A stretch of DNA of 64,000 nucleotides. Origin: an uncultured virus (IMG/VR IMGVR_UViG_3300018080_000168). Lineage: Duplodnaviria > Heunggongvirae > Uroviricota > Caudoviricetes. Each line of letters begins with the position of its first letter. Position 1 is the stretch's first letter. The stretch lies in IMG/VR virus record IMGVR_UViG_3300018080_000168; one strand, written 5' to 3'. A program made the translations under genes and the position numbers. Below, one piece after another: positions 59,798 through 64,000 of this stretch. Under the pieces are notes generated by a model. That model saw only the letters and a program-made list of their open reading frames with translations. It ran no database searches and was not told where the DNA came from.

Positions 59798-61498
59798 GTG
59801 ACGATGATAGAAATGAATTGTCCAAACTGCAAAAACATAATCCTTGAGCCGAGGAAAAGCAACCCACCAGGGGCATTAGTATGTCCCATGTGTGGTAAAG
59901 GATGGATTCCGACAGAGATTCGCTCTAATCCAACCAAGCCAACTCGCACTGGTGGTCGACACTACAAGCCATCTGAACGTCAAAGGATAATGAAAACCAA
60001 GGAATTCAAAAAATGGTGGAAGGAAAGATGGCATGATAGTCATGGTGGTATGCCACAGCGTTGGCCAGGGGATAGTGGCAAGTTTCATGCATTTATGACA
60101 GATGTTGGCAAATTTGCATCACGAAAGGGCAAGAAAGGATGGCCAGATGCAACTTGGCTGTCAGATAAAGCTCGTTCAGATGTTACACAAGTCCGCAAAT
60201 ACCTTCATGAAATCGGAGAGGGGAAACGTACTATTGGCGGACAGAAAGCCAAGAGAAATCCTAATATGCTTGTTGAGTGGGATGAAATTGAAGAAGAAAT
60301 AGTATATGGCTTTTTAGAGGAAAATCCTGGCAATTGGGATGACAATCCTGTACCAGAAGTCAAGAAGGTTGAAAAACACATCAGGAATTGGCTCAAGCTA
60401 ATGGGACAGAAAAAATACAAAGAAGCTGAAGAAATTAATGTAAAGAAAATCAAACCTGTTCTTGGCAAAGGTGTATTACCCTATGCTCCTTCAAAGAAGG
60501 AAATAAAAGACCCAAAGAAGTTCCTGAAACTTGTTAGCTGTATTTACCAAGTCGGCAAAAGGTCAGAATTAGCTGGAGAGGGTCCAGTCAGCCCATACGG
60601 TGTTTGCAGAGCCAGTGTTATGAAAAATCCAAAGTGCACACTCGAAGATGTAAAGAGCAGATTGGATACCTTGGACCTTAAAGATGTAACTTATTTCCAA
60701 GATAAAGCTGAAATTGACAATGGGAAAGCTGAAAGAAGATTCTCAAGTCAGACACTTCTTGAAACTCGCAGAGGGGTTGAGGACGATGATTTTCCCGAAT
60801 TAACCAAGAAAGGTAAAGAAATTCTTAATGAAAGATTGGCAAAGCATTTCAAAGGAATGCCAGTAACATACAGTTTTTACGAAGGTGAAAAGGGAGATTT
60901 CTTTATTATTGTGGAGTTGGTGAAGAAAAATCCTCCAAGCAAGGAAGATTGGGAAGATGCTATTGCAGGCGAAGGATGGGCTATTCAAGATTATACCAAT
61001 ATGCTTGATGGTGCTACACCAGAAGAGCGAAAAGTTCTCGAGCATATTATTGAAGAAGAAAAAGAGCATCTTGAAGAATTGCTCATGCTGAAACATTGCA
61101 AACTTAATCCAGGAAAAGCCTATGAATATTTGAATCCGAAGCCAACAGGTTATGGTGAAGACCCACAAGCATATTGGGTTACTGTGCTTGTGCATCCTAA
61201 TGGAGAGCATACACTGGTTCAGGATTGGGAAGGGAAAATCGTTGTAAGAGGTTCGAAAAAAGGAGCAATGGCTGTTGGCAAATCTATGCAGGATGACGTC
61301 AAGATGGCAGGAGGCCAAGTCTCGGGAAAGATAGTTCCTGTTAGACTTTGGGATGTTGGACAAGATTTTGGTGCAGAAGGCCATGAAATTTCATATAGAC
61401 CAAATCCAGAAGGTGGTGGTGATGAATCCTTTCGAGAAAATGGAGCCGAAGGAAGTGTTCGAAATAGTGTACAAGGAGGTTCGGAACAAAATGCCTGA
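59798..61498 (+). CDS. Modular NP-punctuated protein with Zn-ribbon and ferritin-like modules
   Basis: 10 NP motifs; CPNC/CPMC; E..AI..Y...HIIEEEKEH. Confidence 0.7.
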   Translation: MTMIEMNCPNCKNIILEPRKSNPPGALVCPMCGKGWIPTEIRSNPTKPTRTGGRHYKPSERQRIMKTKEFKKWWKERWHDSHGGMPQRWPGDSGKFHAFMTDVGKFASRKGKKGWPDATWLSDKARSDVTQVRKYLHEIGEGKRTIGGQKAKRNPNMLVEWDEIEEEIVYGFLEENPGNWDDNPVPEVKKVEKHIRNWLKLMGQKKYKEAEEINVKKIKPVLGKGVLPYAPSKKEIKDPKKFLKLVSCIYQVGKRSELAGEGPVSPYGVCRASVMKNPKCTLEDVKSRLDTLDLKDVTYFQDKAEIDNGKAERRFSSQTLLETRRGVEDDDFPELTKKGKEILNERLAKHFKGMPVTYSFYEGEKGDFFIIVELVKKNPPSKEDWEDAIAGEGWAIQDYTNMLDGATPEERKVLEHIIEEEKEHLEELLMLKHCKLNPGKAYEYLNPKPTGYGEDPQAYWVTVLVHPNGEHTLVQDWEGKIVVRGSKKGAMAVGKSMQDDVKMAGGQVSGKIVPVRLWDVGQDFGAEGHEISYRPNPEGGGDESFRENGAEGSVRNSVQGGSEQNA

Positions 61499-61820
61499 TG
61501 TTCAAGTTTCTTTCGAACAATCACCTGAAATTGAAGCAATGCACGAAGAAAGTCCAAGGATATTTTGCGGAAGTTTGCCTGGTCAAATATATTATTGCAA
61601 AGATTTTGCAGATTTGCCAGTCATGAACCAGTTTGGCATAATGTGGCATGAATTCGGACACCAAATTCACTATATTCTTAAAGATGAAGACCATCCTATA
61701 TTATTGCAATTACCAAATGATGACGAATTAATTGCAGATTATCTTATCGAAATGATGTTCAATAAGCGTATCTTCTATTCAGGAGATAACAAATTACAAT
61801 ATGTAATGGAGGCTACCTAA
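61422..61820 (+). CDS. HExxH zincin-like metallopeptidase
   Basis: WHEFGH...ELIAD; GGTGGTG RBS. Confidence 0.7.
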   Translation: MNPFEKMEPKEVFEIVYKEVRNKMPDVQVSFEQSPEIEAMHEESPRIFCGSLPGQIYYCKDFADLPVMNQFGIMWHEFGHQIHYILKDEDHPILLQLPNDDELIADYLIEMMFNKRIFYSGDNKLQYVMEAT

Positions 61821-63868
61821 TGCCCATAGAAATTGATATAATAGGCCAAGCCGAAGGTCGAAAGGCTTTCCAACCACTTCCGAGTGAGGTTGTAGTTGGT
61901 AAAAAAAGACTTGCAATAAGTGAGAAACCTGCTGGCAAATTAGAAACGAGAAAGGCTTCTCTCGTACCGAAAGCTGGATTTGTAGAGCCGAAGACCTTCA
62001 AGAAACTGATGAATGAAAATCAGAAGTGGAGGAAAGCTGCTTGGGACATGCAAACCATTGCCAAATATCATGGTGAAGGCGGACCAGCTAAAATGGCAAA
62101 CAAAGTTGAGGCTGGTAATAGAATTCTATATGTTAGTCCTGGATTTGCATACAAGTGGCACACTTTCTTAAGAGATAAATCTTTCGAAGCCCTTAAACTG
62201 CTTGTAAAGGCTACAAGAGAGAAGGATGCCATTGAGAGGAAGAAAAGCCTTCAACAAGCAATTCGAAGGATGGCATTCTTGCGAATAAAATTTGGAGCTT
62301 CTCCAGATACAGTATCACTCAAAATAGTTGATGATATAGGAGATGCAGGAATGTTTACCACCCAAGACCAGACAACTTTATATCAAGGTATTGATGACTT
62401 TGAAGGACTTGGTGAGATAAGCAAGTTTTATGGAACAGAAACTGGCAGAGAGTGGTATCTTGCAAGAGACCCCAGAGAGCCAACCTATCATATGGGCAGT
62501 GGTGGGACAGTGAATTATGGTCTGCGTGTTAGAGGTGGCGGTGGCTCTATTTACAATACATCAGGTGCAGATGTTCCTACCCTTACTACTCCTAATCAAG
62601 CACCAGAAATGTTGCCTCTGGCACCACAGCAAAGAAAGGAAAGAATGCTCATGCCAGAACGTGGTGCTCCATTGAGGTATATCGTAGAGGACCTTGGTGA
62701 AGATGGCCAAACTCTAAAAGACCTTGGATTTTGGGAAGGAGCTCTTGATGTTGGCTATGCAGTTGAAGAGGATGGTCTTTACATGCCAGAAAATCAGAGA
62801 ATCGATTTCCGTGTGATAAAAGCAACTGATTTCGCATCATTGCCAAGCGATGGTGCGATACTTGGAGCTGCAGAAGAATATGAAACTGTACCAGCTGTTG
62901 ATGTAATGGGAGACCTGGGATTCGACAGTATGCTTGATGAAATATTTGCATTAGATGTGCCTGCAAAAAGGCCAAAGAAGAAGACATCTTTTGCAGCAAA
63001 AGCAATAGCATTAGCCAAGAAGAAGGCACAAGAATTTGCTGCAAAGAAGAAAGCACAGGAATTAGCAAAGAAGGCAAAAGCACAGGCAAAAGCTGGTGCA
63101 AAAGCTCCAAAACCAGCGAAACCAGTTCCTCTTATTCCTTGGATTACTAAATATGCAGTAATTCCGAAAATTGAGAAACTTCTTAATGAGAAAGACCTTA
63201 CATCTCAACCGAGGTCTGCTGCTTCAACTGTAGTTTGGTTAAAGATTCTAAAAGCTGGCAAAATTCCTTCCAATAGACAGCAAAAAGAAGCACAAAATGC
63301 ATTGAAATTTTTGAGGTCTCTTCCAAACAAAGGGATAAAAGTTTCTGTTCCAAAGGTAATAGAATCCAAGAAGACACAAAATGCAAAGAAAGTTGCAGCT
63401 TCAGCAGGAAAAGGGTTGAAGGAAGGCAGACTTGAAGCAGCAAAAGCAGCACAAGGATTGGCAAAATTGGCAAATGAAGCAAAGAAAAAGTCAATGCTCG
63501 AGAAAGCCAAAGCCCAAAAGAACAAACAGGAAGCTGCAAAGTGGAAACAAAAGGGTGTACTTGCTCTTGCAAAGCACCATGAAGAAGAGGCAAATAAAGC
63601 AGAGCTTATGTCTGAAGCAGCTGAAAATACAGCATTCGACCTTGCCAATGAGGCAAAGGAAACTGCATTGTTTGCAACTGACGCACCACTCGAACTTGCT
63701 ACAAGTCTTTTCAACAACATTATACCAGAGGCAAAAGAAGCAGCTGTTACAACTGAAATACTTGGACAGGAAATAGACAAACAGCAACTAATTTTGCTTG
63801 GCGGTGCTGCCTTAATTGGAGTGATTGCTTTGGGTGGATTTGCTGCAAAGAAAAGGAGGTCGAAATAA
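61820..63868 (+). CDS. Large protein with repeated (L/M/I)G motifs, a K/A-rich coiled coil and a C-terminal TM anchor
   Basis: LLGGAALIGVIALGGFAAKKRR anchor; DIG, GLG, HMG, DLG, ILG, VMG motifs. Confidence 0.65.
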   Translation: MPIEIDIIGQAEGRKAFQPLPSEVVVGKKRLAISEKPAGKLETRKASLVPKAGFVEPKTFKKLMNENQKWRKAAWDMQTIAKYHGEGGPAKMANKVEAGNRILYVSPGFAYKWHTFLRDKSFEALKLLVKATREKDAIERKKSLQQAIRRMAFLRIKFGASPDTVSLKIVDDIGDAGMFTTQDQTTLYQGIDDFEGLGEISKFYGTETGREWYLARDPREPTYHMGSGGTVNYGLRVRGGGGSIYNTSGADVPTLTTPNQAPEMLPLAPQQRKERMLMPERGAPLRYIVEDLGEDGQTLKDLGFWEGALDVGYAVEEDGLYMPENQRIDFRVIKATDFASLPSDGAILGAAEEYETVPAVDVMGDLGFDSMLDEIFALDVPAKRPKKKTSFAAKAIALAKKKAQEFAAKKKAQELAKKAKAQAKAGAKAPKPAKPVPLIPWITKYAVIPKIEKLLNEKDLTSQPRSAASTVVWLKILKAGKIPSNRQQKEAQNALKFLRSLPNKGIKVSVPKVIESKKTQNAKKVAASAGKGLKEGRLEAAKAAQGLAKLANEAKKKSMLEKAKAQKNKQEAAKWKQKGVLALAKHHEEEANKAELMSEAAENTAFDLANEAKETALFATDAPLELATSLFNNIIPEAKEAAVTTEILGQEIDKQQLILLGGAALIGVIALGGFAAKKRRSK

Positions 63869-64000
63869 TGACGATGACAAGAATAGTGCAACCGAGGATG
63901 GAGGTTAAGTCTGTAGCACCAGCTGTTCCTATGGATTTTTCATATTTCCCAGATGTATTATCACCATTTTCCGCAGAGTCGAGAATGTCAGATACAAAAG
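63868..64000 (+). CDS. 3'-truncated hypothetical protein
   Basis: ATG overlaps the previous stop; AGGAGGT RBS; open to the window end. Confidence 0.5.
   Translation, partial: MTMTRIVQPRMEVKSVAPAVPMDFSYFPDVLSPFSAESRMSDTK

Overview
This window reads as most of the genome of an AT-rich archaeal dsDNA virus, probably tailless and icosahedral. The archaeal host is inferred from TTTATATA TATA boxes, GGTGA ribosome-binding sites, and genes for a PriS-PriL primase fusion, an XPF/ERCC4 nuclease, a RadB-like ATPase, an MCM-like ATPase and many Zn-ribbon proteins. There are three blocks. (1) Plus strand 1-19.7 kb: a MoxR ATPase/zincin/vWA triad, a membrane protein, a ~344-aa internally duplicated beta-rich protein (candidate double jelly-roll capsid protein), small jelly-roll-like proteins and beta-helix/DUF2793-like spike proteins. 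(2) Minus strand 20.7-51.5 kb: replication, recombination and nucleotide metabolism, including a UDG-family-4::DnaE fusion with a PCNA-type PIP box where the beta-clamp motif normally sits, next to a divergent ThyX, an NDT-family enzyme, an HD hydrolase and an Nmad1-like protein. (3) Plus strand 51.6-64 kb: two transglutaminase-like cysteine proteases, then large modular proteins punctuated by Asn-Pro or hydrophobic-Gly motifs (candidate processed polyproteins). Two repeat-rich non-coding regions share an 11-6-11 dif-like palindrome. GATC appears to be avoided. No terminase, portal, packaging ATPase, tRNA, rRNA or CRISPR array was seen. All family calls come from motif recognition by eye, not from database searches.
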